Shown: in pieces, positions 33,211-41,361 of the stretch
Layout: the number at the start of each line of letters is the position of its first letter
Numbering within the stretch: the stretch's first letter is position 1
Assembly (NCBI GenBank): GCA_050184475.1
Contig: JBFXAH010000007.1
Coordinates: 136,328-200,327, forward strand
Direction of reading: 5' to 3'
From: Pirellulales bacterium
GTDB lineage: Bacteria > Planctomycetota > Planctomycetia > Pirellulales > JAEUIK01
Length of the DNA: 64,000 nucleotides
The notes under the pieces: model-generated
Told to the model about the DNA's origin: nothing
The model's database searches: none
The model's input: the letters and a program-made list of their open reading frames with translations, nothing else
Program-made: the position numbers and the translations under genes

Positions 33211-34494
33211 CTAGGCGAACAACGAATCGATGACCCGCCCGCTGTTGGCGATTTTCATCGGTCGCCCATTCTTGCTGGTGAAGGTCTTGTCGAGCCCGAT
33301 GCCCAGCGCCTTGAGCACCGTGGCCATCAGGTCTTGCGCGGCGTAGCTTTCCCCGACGACTTCGGTGCCATCTTCATTGGTCTGGCCGACGGTGATCCCG
33401 CCGCGCAGGCCGCCACCTCCCAGCACCGCACTCCAACTGCGGGCCCAGTGATCGCGTCCCACGTTGGCGTTGATGCGAGGCGTGCGGCCGAACTCGCCCA
33501 TCCACAGCACCACGGTGTCGTCGAGCAGGCCGCGCTGGCCAAGATCCTCGACTAAAGCGCTCAGCCCTTGGTCGAGTTCTGGGAGCTTATTGGTTTCGAG
33601 CGTGCGGAAGACGTCGGAGTGATTGTCCCAGCCGCCGAAGTCGACCTCGACGCAGGCCACGCCCGCTTCGACCAGGCGGCGCGCCAGCAGGCAACTGCGG
33701 CCGAAATTCGAGGTGCCGTACCGGTCGCGCACCTCAGCCGGCTCGTCGTCGACCTTGAAGGCCCGCATCTGTTCGCTGGTCATCAGCTCCAGGGCTTTGC
33801 CGACGACATCCGAGTGTTCGCCGCTGGCCAACCCGCGACGTTCGGCGATAAAACTCCGCTCGATCTTGTCGAGCATCGCCATTCGACCGTTGAGCCGATC
33901 GGGCAGCGCCGGCTTGGAGTCGCGCACGTTGCCGTTAGCGCCCACGACCAGCGGGGCGTAAGCCAGCCCGAGAAAGCCCGGGCCCGCGCCGCTGCCCCCG
34001 ATGGTGACGAACGGCGGAATGGCGAGGTCGCCCAACTGCGGCGCCATTTCGTGGCCGATCACCGAGCCATAACTGGGATGCTCGATCTCGGGGATCGGCA
34101 CATAGCCGGTATGCAGGTAGTAACGCCCGCGATCGTGATCGGCCTCGCGAGTGCTCATCGAGCGCACGATCGACAAGCGGTCCATCACCTGGGCGACCTT
34201 CGGCAGATGTTCGCAAATCTGCATATCTCCCTTGGTGGCGATCGGCCGGAAGGGGCCGCCCGTGTTGGCGCCGGGCTTGAGGTCCCACAAGTCGATCGTG
34301 CTGGGACCGCCCCCCATCCAAAGAATGACGGCCGATTTATGGCGGCGACGGCCCTTGGCGACCTCGGCCGACAGCGCCGTCGTGAACGTCGAGGCGCTGG
34401 CCGCCAAAGCGGAACCGGCCGCCAGGTGAGACAGGAAATGCCGTCGCGACATACCGGCCGGCGCTGGCAGCAAGTGATTTGTCAACGCATTCAT
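33211..34494 (-). CDS. DUF1501 domain protein (sulfatase-fold), Tat signal
   Basis: SRRHFLSHLAAGSALAASA is a twin-arginine signal. WMGGGPSTIDLWDLKP and GEFGRTPRINANVGRDHW motifs are present. The gene lies 15 nt downstream of the DUF1549/1553 gene. Confidence 0.9.
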   Translation of the reverse strand: MNALTNHLLPAPAGMSRRHFLSHLAAGSALAASASTFTTALSAEVAKGRRRHKSAVILWMGGGPSTIDLWDLKPGANTGGPFRPIATKGDMQICEHLPKVAQVMDRLSIVRSMSTREADHDRGRYYLHTGYVPIPEIEHPSYGSVIGHEMAPQLGDLAIPPFVTIGGSGAGPGFLGLAYAPLVVGANGNVRDSKPALPDRLNGRMAMLDKIERSFIAERRGLASGEHSDVVGKALELMTSEQMRAFKVDDEPAEVRDRYGTSNFGRSCLLARRLVEAGVACVEVDFGGWDNHSDVFRTLETNKLPELDQGLSALVEDLGQRGLLDDTVVLWMGEFGRTPRINANVGRDHWARSWSAVLGGGGLRGGITVGQTNEDGTEVVGESYAAQDLMATVLKALGIGLDKTFTSKNGRPMKIANSGRVIDSLFA

Positions 34495-34509
34495 GGTTGC
34501 CGCCGTGGT

Positions 34510-36375
34510 TTAGTGATTCAGGATGAACTCGTTGCTGTTTAGCAGTGCCCACCACACGTCTTCGAGAGCCTTAGCGGTGTCGCCGCCGTGGGCGATCCAC
34601 AGCCGCTGCGCCGCGGACAATTCGTCGCCTCCCGGCGAGCGACCTACGGCTGCCAGATAGAGCGTGCGCACTTTATCGCGATCGGAGCTGGCCGAGGTCG
34701 CCACTTCGTAGAGGAAGGTGCCGGGGCGGGCCATGGTGGCCCGGCGGATCAAGTCGCCATTCATCATCATCAGCACCTGCGGGATGGTGCCGTCGAAAGT
34801 GCTGGCTTCGTCGTTCTCATCGGTGCCGAAAGAGACGGCGAACTGGGCCAGCCACTCGCGGCGGTCGCGCTGGCGTTTTTCGGCATCTTCGGCCGCGGCC
34901 TTGGTCGCCACGAGCAACGACTCGTACAGTTCCTCGGGGCGCATCTGTCGCAGGTAAAAGCGGCTGAATCGCGGCGGCTCGCCGAGCGAGGGATCATCGT
35001 CGGCGTTCTTTGGCCCACTGCGGCTCGACAGTGCATAGGGCTCGCTGAGCACGATCCAGCGGGCCAACTGCTTGAGGTCGAAACCAGCGGCAACGAATTC
35101 CTGCGACAAGCGGTCAAGCAGATCGGCGTTGGTGATCGGGTTGTGCGGCCCCATGTCGTCGATCGGCTTGGTGAATCCATAGCCGAGAAAGTGCGCCCAC
35201 GTGCGATTGACGATCGCCCGCGGCAACTCCGCCGATTTGCTGATCAGGCGGGCCAGTTCGTCGCGGCGATTGACGTCGTCGACGTAGCCCGCTGGCTCGA
35301 TCGTGGTGCCGTCGAGGAAGGTGGGGCGCAGGATGGCGACGGCCGTGTTGTCGCGTCGCTCGAAGTAAATCTCCGCAGTCTGCGGATCGCCCGACTCGCC
35401 GGCGTAATCCTCGTCTTCGAGTCGAGCACTAATCACCTGCGTGCCGTCGAACGTGCGCAAAGCTCGCGCCTGACGGAAGAACGCGTTGAGCCCCCAGAAC
35501 TGCTGCTGTTTCCAGTTGTTGAACGGATGGTTGTGACACTGCGTGCACTGTACTTGCACGCCGAGGAAGATGCGGGCGGTTTTCGCCGTGGCCGAGGTGG
35601 CGTTGTCTTGCAGATTGTCGAGCAGGAAGTTGACGGCGCCGTTGAAGCGTTCGCTCCCGGGTTGATTGGCACCGTTGGCGCTCACCAGTTCAACGACGAT
35701 GCGGTCGTACGGGCGGTTCTCGAGAAAAGCGGCATTGAGATATTGCTCGAGCCCTTCGCGACTCACCAGCCCCTGCCGATTGCGACCGGCCGCCGCACGG
35801 CCAATCAATAGGTTGGTCCAACGCGTGGCCGCAGCTTGCGCGTATTCGTTGGCGTACGAGGTCGAGAGCAGTTCGTCGACGAGCCGGGCTCGTTTATCGG
35901 GCCGCTTGTCGGCGAGGTAGCGCTCGGTCTCGGTCAAAGTCGGAATTCGACCGACAAGATCGAGAAACAACCGTCGGCACCACTCGCCATCGCTGGCGTG
36001 TTCCGACGGAACGATCCCATCGGCCTGCCAGGCCTGGCCAAGTTGGGCATCGATGTACGACACGAGCTCGGCGGTCTTGGAGTCGACCCCGGCCAATTGG
36101 TCGGCGGTCGATTTGACTGCGTTTTGGGGAGTCCGCCGGTTCCGTCGATTCGTGGTTTTGGTGGTCGGCGGTGTCTCAGGACGAGATTTGGTCGCGGTTT
36201 GAGATGCGCCGAGTTCCGATGTTTCTGCCCCCTTTCGGCCTGCCGGCACCGGTTCGGCCCCAACAGAATTGCTCAATCCTGCTAGCAGTAGAGCCGCCCA
36301 CGTGGTTACCGAACCGGCGAGGGCCCTGATGGTCCGGCCAGCGGACATTTTTAGCATTCGCGGGATCACGGCCAT
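34510..36375 (-). CDS. DUF1549 + DUF1553 domain protein (PSD1-like)
   Basis: CRRLFLDLVGRIPTLTETERYLADKRPDKRARLVDELL matches DUF1549. VQCTQCHNHPFNNWKQQQFWGLNAFF matches DUF1553. A signal peptide is present. Confidence 0.9.
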   Translation of the reverse strand: MAVIPRMLKMSAGRTIRALAGSVTTWAALLLAGLSNSVGAEPVPAGRKGAETSELGASQTATKSRPETPPTTKTTNRRNRRTPQNAVKSTADQLAGVDSKTAELVSYIDAQLGQAWQADGIVPSEHASDGEWCRRLFLDLVGRIPTLTETERYLADKRPDKRARLVDELLSTSYANEYAQAAATRWTNLLIGRAAAGRNRQGLVSREGLEQYLNAAFLENRPYDRIVVELVSANGANQPGSERFNGAVNFLLDNLQDNATSATAKTARIFLGVQVQCTQCHNHPFNNWKQQQFWGLNAFFRQARALRTFDGTQVISARLEDEDYAGESGDPQTAEIYFERRDNTAVAILRPTFLDGTTIEPAGYVDDVNRRDELARLISKSAELPRAIVNRTWAHFLGYGFTKPIDDMGPHNPITNADLLDRLSQEFVAAGFDLKQLARWIVLSEPYALSSRSGPKNADDDPSLGEPPRFSRFYLRQMRPEELYESLLVATKAAAEDAEKRQRDRREWLAQFAVSFGTDENDEASTFDGTIPQVLMMMNGDLIRRATMARPGTFLYEVATSASSDRDKVRTLYLAAVGRSPGGDELSAAQRLWIAHGGDTAKALEDVWWALLNSNEFILNH

Positions 36376-36458
36376 AACGCACGCCCGCTTTAAGCGATTG
36401 GTAAATCGAGATTTAAGCCGCTAGCCACGATTCTAGGAGGGTGGCTATGGCAATTCCA

Positions 36459-36505
36459 GAAAAAAAATGACCCCGCGACAACCGCTTTGGGTTTGTCGCA
36501 GGGTC
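36459..36505 (-). terminator. rho-independent terminator (minus strand)
   Basis: The minus-strand RNA reads GACCCUGCGACAA-ACCCAAAGCGG-UUGUCGCGGGGUC, followed by A-UUUUUUUU-C. That is a 13-bp stem (one G-U), an 11-nt loop and an 8-U tract. Confidence 0.85.
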
Positions 36506-36975
36506 GCACTGTTCAATTCTGCTGCAACTGTTCAATTTTGCTACAGCAGCGAGGCACAGTTGGGTTGCCGAGCTCCTCTTCTCTGTACGATTTAGCCTCT
36601 GCAACCGGGTCGGGCTAGCCGACCAATTTTCGCGGGATACCAACACCGGGCCGCGTGTTCCAAGCGCCTTCCGGTGTTTGATATGCTCGCGAGTTACCTA
36701 CTCTCCGCCGGCCCCAACAGCTTAGTTGCCTCTTCGCTGTTTCAGCCTTCTCTGTTCCGACCCCGCTATAGCAACACTGCAATCTAAATCACCTCGAACT
36801 AAATCGCTGCGATGTAAAGCTCAGTGCTGCCAGTGCCTCGTTCCGTTCCGCCTCTTCAGGTCCCTGTCCCAGTTTCGAACATCACCTTGCGGTGATCGTC
36901 TGCTCTGGTCCGGTTGCCTCTGCCTCTTTTCTGCCCGGCCCGCTTTCTGTTCCGCAGAAGCGTGCCTCGTCGGTC
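36460..36975 (-). ncRNA. candidate sigma-54-dependent non-coding transcript, or a long attenuator-type leader
   Basis: The interval is bounded by an exact -24/-12 promoter and an intrinsic terminator. All three minus-strand frames are broken by stops. It holds several hairpins, including ATCACC-GCAA-GGTGAT at 36881-36896, and internal repeats. I recognise no match to a known RNA family. Confidence 0.4.
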
Positions 36976-36985
36976 CCTAAGCGTT

Positions 36986-37001
36986 AGCAAACGCTGTGCC
37001 A
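36986..37001 (-). promoter_or_regulatory. sigma-54 (RpoN) -24/-12 promoter
   Basis: The minus strand from 37001 to 36986 reads TGGCAC-AGCGT-TTGCT. This matches the consensus core TGGCAC-N5-TTGCW exactly. It is the only such site I found on either strand of the window. Confidence 0.65.
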
Positions 37002-37085
37002 CGGCTTAGGCAACGATCGAGTGCGAGCGCGAAAGCTTGCGAACTGTTTGCATGCTAGGCAATCGCGCGACTGCTGTACGAGCGC

Positions 37086-37115
37086 GTGTGAGTGGCAGCC
37101 GGCCGCCGCTCACAC
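37086..37115. promoter_or_regulatory. 11-bp imperfect inverted repeat GTGTGAGTGGC-N8-GCCGCTCACAC
   Basis: Read directly. The outer 7 bp are perfect (GTGTGAG/CTCACAC). It lies 40 nt after the ABC-exporter stop and about 100 bp upstream of the sigma-54 -24 element. It is either a U-tract-less terminator hairpin or an activator (bEBP) binding site. Confidence 0.35.
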
Positions 37116-37154
37116 GATTGGCGACCTGTCCGACTCGTGAGCGAAGCTGGCCTC

Positions 37155-39107
37155 TCAAGCCGACTCCCGGAACTCCAGTTGATGAAGCCGTCCGTAGAAC
37201 TCCGATCGCGCGAGGAGCTCGTCGTGACTGCCTTGCTCGACGATCCGTCCGCGGTCCATCACCAATACGCGTTGCGCCAAGGCGAGCGTCGCCGGGCGAT
37301 GCGTGATGATGATCGTGGTGCGATTGCGGACAAACCGCTCGAGCACCCGCTGAATGAGGTGCTCGCTTTCGGTATCGATCTGGCTGGTCGCCTCGTCGAG
37401 GATCAAGATCGCCGGATCGCGGAGGATCGCCCGCGCCAGTGCGATTCGTTGCCGTTGCCCACCCGAGAGCCGGCCCCCCTTGGGGCCGACGACGGTGTCG
37501 TAGCCGTCGGCCAACTGCTCTTCGATGAAGCGGTGGGCGTGGGCCTGGCGGGCGGCCTCGATGATCTGGGCACGCGACGCATGGGGCGAACCGTAGCGGA
37601 TGTTGTTGGCCACGGTGTCGTCGAACAGCAACGTCTCCTGCGTCACCAGCCCGAGTTGGCAGCGGAGGTCTTGCTGGCGGATTTCGCGAAGATCGTGCCC
37701 ATCGAGGCGGATCGTCCCCGCGGTGGGATCGAAGAACCGCGGAACCAGGCTCGCCAGCGTGGTCTTGCCACAGCCGTTGGGGCCGACGATGGCCACGGTC
37801 TGGCCATACGGTATGCGCAGGTCGATCCGGTCGAGTGCCAACTGCGCCCCACCGTAGCTGAACGACACGTTCTCGAACGTGATGTCGCGATGGTGCCGAC
37901 CGATGCGTCGCGGCTGAGCCGGATCGCGCACCTCGGGCTCACGATCGAGCAGTCCATACACCCGGTCGGCCGCCGCCGACGCCCGCTGCAGGCGATTGAA
38001 GATATCGGAGAGCTTGCGGGCCGGATCGCTCGTGCCGGCCAGCATGGCGTAGAACATCATCATGCTGACCAGATCGAGCGGCTGATTTGTCATGCGGATG
38101 CCCAGCAGGTGCGTCCGCTGCCCGATCACCAGGTAGGCGCCGGCCAGCATCGCCAGAAAGATCGTCAGCATGCCCATGCTCTCGGTCAGGGGGTGAGTCA
38201 GGGCGTCGTACCACGCGATGCGCATGCTGCGGGCATAAAAGCTCTTGCTGGCCAGGTGGAAGCGGCGGCGTTCGTGACGCTCCATGGTGAAGGCTTTGAC
38301 GACTTTGATCCCCTGCAACGACTCGTCGAGGATGCCGTAGATTTGCGACATCTCTTCCATGGCTTTCCGGTTGGCACGCTTGAGGTGCTTGGCCAGCCGG
38401 CGGATTAGGATCGCGGCCACGGGGGCGATGATCAGCGAGAACAGCAGCAGCCGCCAGCAGATGAACGCCGCGCCCGCCAGGCAGACGATCATTTTCAGCG
38501 GCTCGCGGACCGCCTTGCCGAATAGTTGGCTCATGCCGGCCGCCAGGCTCTCGAGGTCGGCCGTAAAGCGGGCCGTCAAATCGCTGGTGCCTTCGCGGGT
38601 GAAGGTTGCCAGGTCCATCCGCAACGTGCGACGGAAGAACTCTTTCCGCAAATCGAGAATGGCCGTTTGCGTGATGCGATCGACGAGCACCGACTGCGCG
38701 ACGAAGAAGACATTCTTGATGACGAGCCCTGCCAGTGCGACGGCCAGAATCAACACCAGCGTCGCGAATGGTCCAGCCGGCGTATATCGCTTGAGATAGG
38801 GTTCAGCGGCCTGATAGCGGGCCAGTTTGCGTTCTTCGCGAGCGACGTTTTGAGCGACAACCTGGTGATTGGCTTCCGGCGCGGCGAGCGCGGCCTGGGC
38901 CTCGGCCAGGAGCTTTTGATTGGCGGCGATCTTCTCATCGATCCAGTCGTGCAGCGACTGGCCCTTGAGGACGACGTCGACGATCGGATAGACCGTGCCG
39001 ATGTTGCCGCCCCAGAGGATGCCGACCATCAGGGCGCAAAACATCGAAGCGGCCAACAGCCAACGGCGACGAACGGCCAGCCGCAGCGCTCGAGCGTAGT
39101 TGTTCAT
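37155..39107 (-). CDS. ABC exporter, fused permease/ATPase (MsbA-like)
   Basis: I chose the inner ATG 39107 (MNNYARALRLAVRRRWLL...). The long upstream extension in the ORF track is Arg/Gly-rich junk. Six TM helices are followed by GPNGCGKTTLASL, LSGGQRQRIALARA and ILILDEATS. Confidence 0.9.
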   Translation of the reverse strand: MNNYARALRLAVRRRWLLAASMFCALMVGILWGGNIGTVYPIVDVVLKGQSLHDWIDEKIAANQKLLAEAQAALAAPEANHQVVAQNVAREERKLARYQAAEPYLKRYTPAGPFATLVLILAVALAGLVIKNVFFVAQSVLVDRITQTAILDLRKEFFRRTLRMDLATFTREGTSDLTARFTADLESLAAGMSQLFGKAVREPLKMIVCLAGAAFICWRLLLFSLIIAPVAAILIRRLAKHLKRANRKAMEEMSQIYGILDESLQGIKVVKAFTMERHERRRFHLASKSFYARSMRIAWYDALTHPLTESMGMLTIFLAMLAGAYLVIGQRTHLLGIRMTNQPLDLVSMMMFYAMLAGTSDPARKLSDIFNRLQRASAAADRVYGLLDREPEVRDPAQPRRIGRHHRDITFENVSFSYGGAQLALDRIDLRIPYGQTVAIVGPNGCGKTTLASLVPRFFDPTAGTIRLDGHDLREIRQQDLRCQLGLVTQETLLFDDTVANNIRYGSPHASRAQIIEAARQAHAHRFIEEQLADGYDTVVGPKGGRLSGGQRQRIALARAILRDPAILILDEATSQIDTESEHLIQRVLERFVRNRTTIIITHRPATLALAQRVLVMDRGRIVEQGSHDELLARSEFYGRLHQLEFRESA

Positions 39108-39289
39108 CCGTGAACCCGCCTGGGGCGCAAGAGTGATTGGGCCCGCGAGCACTAGCGCATCGCGCGCCAGCGTCTGGACCTGTGCCGCGCGAACCCTCCT
39201 GGAACACCCGCGCCAGCGTGGGGAGAGTTTTAGCACACCGCGGCGCGATCGACCAAGGGCAGGACAAGCTAGCAGATGGAAAGCGACTG

Positions 39290-41155
39290 CTAGCTGATCG
39301 CCACGACCGGCACCGGACGAGACAGTTCCGCCAGCGCGCTCTCGAAATCGCGGAAGGCCGCCGATTCGGTCAGCTCCGCTCCACGACGCAGATCGACGAG
39401 CACCGGCCCGAGCAACTCTCGCTCCAGCCAGCCGGCCAGCCACTCGGCGCGCTCGCGGGCGTAATGTTCCTGCAGACGGGTGAACAACCGCGTGGCCGCG
39501 CGGCGCACACCGCTGGTCGTGGCATCGACGAGCGCTTCGCCGCCGGTCGTCACCCCGCCGGAGACCGCCGCCTCGGTCGCCAATTCCATGGCCGAATGCG
39601 TGGCCGCGTGCACGGCCGCCCCGTGCACCAGCCCGGCCGCCAACACCCACCCGCTAACGGCCAGCGAAACCGTGATCGCCGGCCGAGCGATCGCCGTCAC
39701 CTGGTCGATCGAACGCAGCGCGGCGATCGCCCTGGGGTTCTCGCGACCCCAGCGATCGAGCTCGCTGCGCAAGAAGTTGCGGTAATCATCGTCGACCGGC
39801 GCGAGCTGTGCATGACTGGCTTCGACGCGCGTCAGCAGACGTGCCCGCGCGTCGCCCTGCAACAACTCGACCAGGCGAGGGCGAAGCGTGTCGCTACCGA
39901 CCGCGGAGAGCCGCTTGAGCTCGTCGAGCAGCCGCTCGATGGCGGTCAGAATGGCGGCCCGCTCGCGCTGCCGGAAGGCATCGAGCGGATCGACGGCTGG
40001 CCCGTTGATCGCTTGCCAGGCAGTGCGGACCGGCCAGGTCACGCCGCGCCCCACCTGGCGATACACCGAATGAATCGATCGCGACCAGGGGCTGCGGTGA
40101 AGATTCCACCAGTCGCGAATCTCCTGCACGAGCAATTCGGCCGGCAAGCTGGGCCAATCGACGCGGGCCATGTCGGTGGCCGACAGTGCCGCGGCCGCTT
40201 CGTTGAACTGCCGCGAAGTGTCGCGAACCGCCGCCAGGTAGGTGGGCGCCCCACTACGAGGATCGGTCACGCGGGCCAACGCACCGCGGAGCGTGCGCAG
40301 CTTGATCCAGTCGAACTTGAGGTTTGCCAGGTCGTTGCGCAGCGAGGCGGCGGCACCCGGTTCGCCTGAGCCGTCGGGCCCGATCTCGTAAAACGGCAAG
40401 CGCCGCTCGCGCGAGGCGACGCGATCGTAAGGGACGATGTACACGAGTTCGGGGGCCGCTCCTGTTTCGTCGGCGAAGGTTGCCAGCCACTGCGGCCAAT
40501 ACTGGCGGTCTTCCGCCAGGTCGCATTGATTGAAGAGAACGACGACCGGCTTGTCGGCCTGCACCGCTTTGCGGAAAAACTGTTTCACGGCCGCGTCGTT
40601 GTACTTCTGCTGGGTGAGCACGGCGACCAGCACATCGGCCACGTGCCGCACGCCGTCGGCGCGGCGCCAGTTGACTTGGGCGTCGGAATCGATGTCCGGA
40701 GTGTCGAGCACCAAGAGGCGCTCGGGGACGTCGTGCCCCACGCGCCAGAAGAGCCAGTCGGTGTCGCTCTCGATCTGCGGATCGGTGGCGGCATGCCAGG
40801 CTCGGAGCGTGAAACCCTCGAACAGCCGGGTGAGCAGTTGCTCGTCGTCGAATCCCGGCGGCACGAGACAGACCGGGTGCTTGGTGCCGGCAGCCAACGG
40901 ACTGACACCGCTGGCTTCTTCGCCGACCAGGTGGTTGAAGACCACGGACTTGCCGATGTTGGTGCCGCCCACCACTGCGACAACCAGGTACGGCGTGCCT
41001 TCGATTTGCGGGCGCAGCTTGTGTTCGAGCAACTCATACCACTCGGCGCCGCTGGGGGGCGGAACCCCCACGGCGTCGGCCTGCGGGCGCAGCGCCGTCA
41101 GGGCTGCCTGCAATCGGGCGATGGCTGCGGCCCACTGGGCAAACTCGTTGGACAT
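39290..41155 (-). CDS. dynamin-like / MMR_HSR1-type GTPase with C-terminal hydrophobic hairpin
   Basis: I chose the inner ATG 41155 (MSNEFAQWAAAI...). G1 is VGGTNIGKS, G3 is LDTPDID and G4 is NQCD. The C-terminal half is long and helical, with AITVSLAVSGWVLAAGLVHGAAVHA. Confidence 0.7.
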   Translation of the reverse strand: MSNEFAQWAAAIARLQAALTALRPQADAVGVPPPSGAEWYELLEHKLRPQIEGTPYLVVAVVGGTNIGKSVVFNHLVGEEASGVSPLAAGTKHPVCLVPPGFDDEQLLTRLFEGFTLRAWHAATDPQIESDTDWLFWRVGHDVPERLLVLDTPDIDSDAQVNWRRADGVRHVADVLVAVLTQQKYNDAAVKQFFRKAVQADKPVVVLFNQCDLAEDRQYWPQWLATFADETGAAPELVYIVPYDRVASRERRLPFYEIGPDGSGEPGAAASLRNDLANLKFDWIKLRTLRGALARVTDPRSGAPTYLAAVRDTSRQFNEAAAALSATDMARVDWPSLPAELLVQEIRDWWNLHRSPWSRSIHSVYRQVGRGVTWPVRTAWQAINGPAVDPLDAFRQRERAAILTAIERLLDELKRLSAVGSDTLRPRLVELLQGDARARLLTRVEASHAQLAPVDDDYRNFLRSELDRWGRENPRAIAALRSIDQVTAIARPAITVSLAVSGWVLAAGLVHGAAVHAATHSAMELATEAAVSGGVTTGGEALVDATTSGVRRAATRLFTRLQEHYARERAEWLAGWLERELLGPVLVDLRRGAELTESAAFRDFESALAELSRPVPVVAIS

Positions 41156-41289
41156 CGGTGGCTTATCGGCGTTCTGATCGGTGAGTTGGGACGAGCGCCA
41201 GTCTAACACAGCGAGACAGTTTGCCCCGAGGCGGATCGTACGGCGCCGGGCGAACGTGCAGAACATTGGTGGCGGCGACCAGATCCCAC

Positions 41290-41318
41290 TTGACACTTCA
41301 CATCTGTACTAGTAATGT
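41290..41318 (+). promoter_or_regulatory. sigma-70-type promoter TTGACA-N17-TAATGT for the GntR/ABC operon
   Basis: Read directly. TTGACA lies at 41290-41295, followed by a 17-nt spacer and TAATGT at 41313-41318. It is about 44 nt upstream of the GntR GTG start. Confidence 0.6.
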
Positions 41319-41326
41319 TAGTACAG
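41304..41326. promoter_or_regulatory. operator-like inverted repeat CTGTACTA-N7-TAGTACAG overlapping the -10
   Basis: This is a perfect 8-bp inverted repeat with a GTAC core. It overlaps the -10 hexamer of the promoter above, the geometry expected for autorepression by the adjacent GntR/YtrA-type regulator. Confidence 0.55.
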
Positions 41327-41361
41327 TTGATAACGCAGGCTCGGCAGCGAGTGAGTTCGTC

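Noticed and set aside
36413-36646. 77-codon TTG ORF (minus) and 84-codon ORF 36726-36980 (+) inside the non-coding gap
   Set aside because: The minus ORF reads straight through both arms of the terminator hairpin and the U-tract, and it has no RBS. The + ORF is Cys/Ser/Leu-rich pyrimidine-strand noise. Neither has a plausible start context.
36460-36975. Idea that the RNA is a CsrB/RsmZ-like sponge rich in GGA motifs
   Set aside because: I counted roughly ten GGA triplets on the transcribed strand over about 0.5 kb. That is about what random sequence of this composition gives. Few of them sit in hairpin loops.
36376-37154. Idea that the gap encodes RNase P RNA, tmRNA, SRP RNA or 6S RNA
   Set aside because: I looked on both strands for GAGGAAAGUCCGGGC and ACAGAAnCCGGCUUA (RNase P), for a tRNA-like 3' end with a T-loop and an ...ALAA tag frame (tmRNA), and for the GGAAGCAGCC-type SRP motif. 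None is present. The ACAGA(A/G)A strings do not sit in a P4-compatible context. 6S cannot be excluded by eye, but the size does not fit.
39108-39650. Long N-terminal extensions offered by the ORF track, here and at 23363-23590, 48297-48482, 52838-53284, 8456-8572 and 32933-32995
   Set aside because: The extensions are Arg/Gly/Pro-rich and precede internal Met codons. Those Met codons begin proper signal peptides or conserved N-termini, often with a visible RBS. The true starts are most likely the inner ones.
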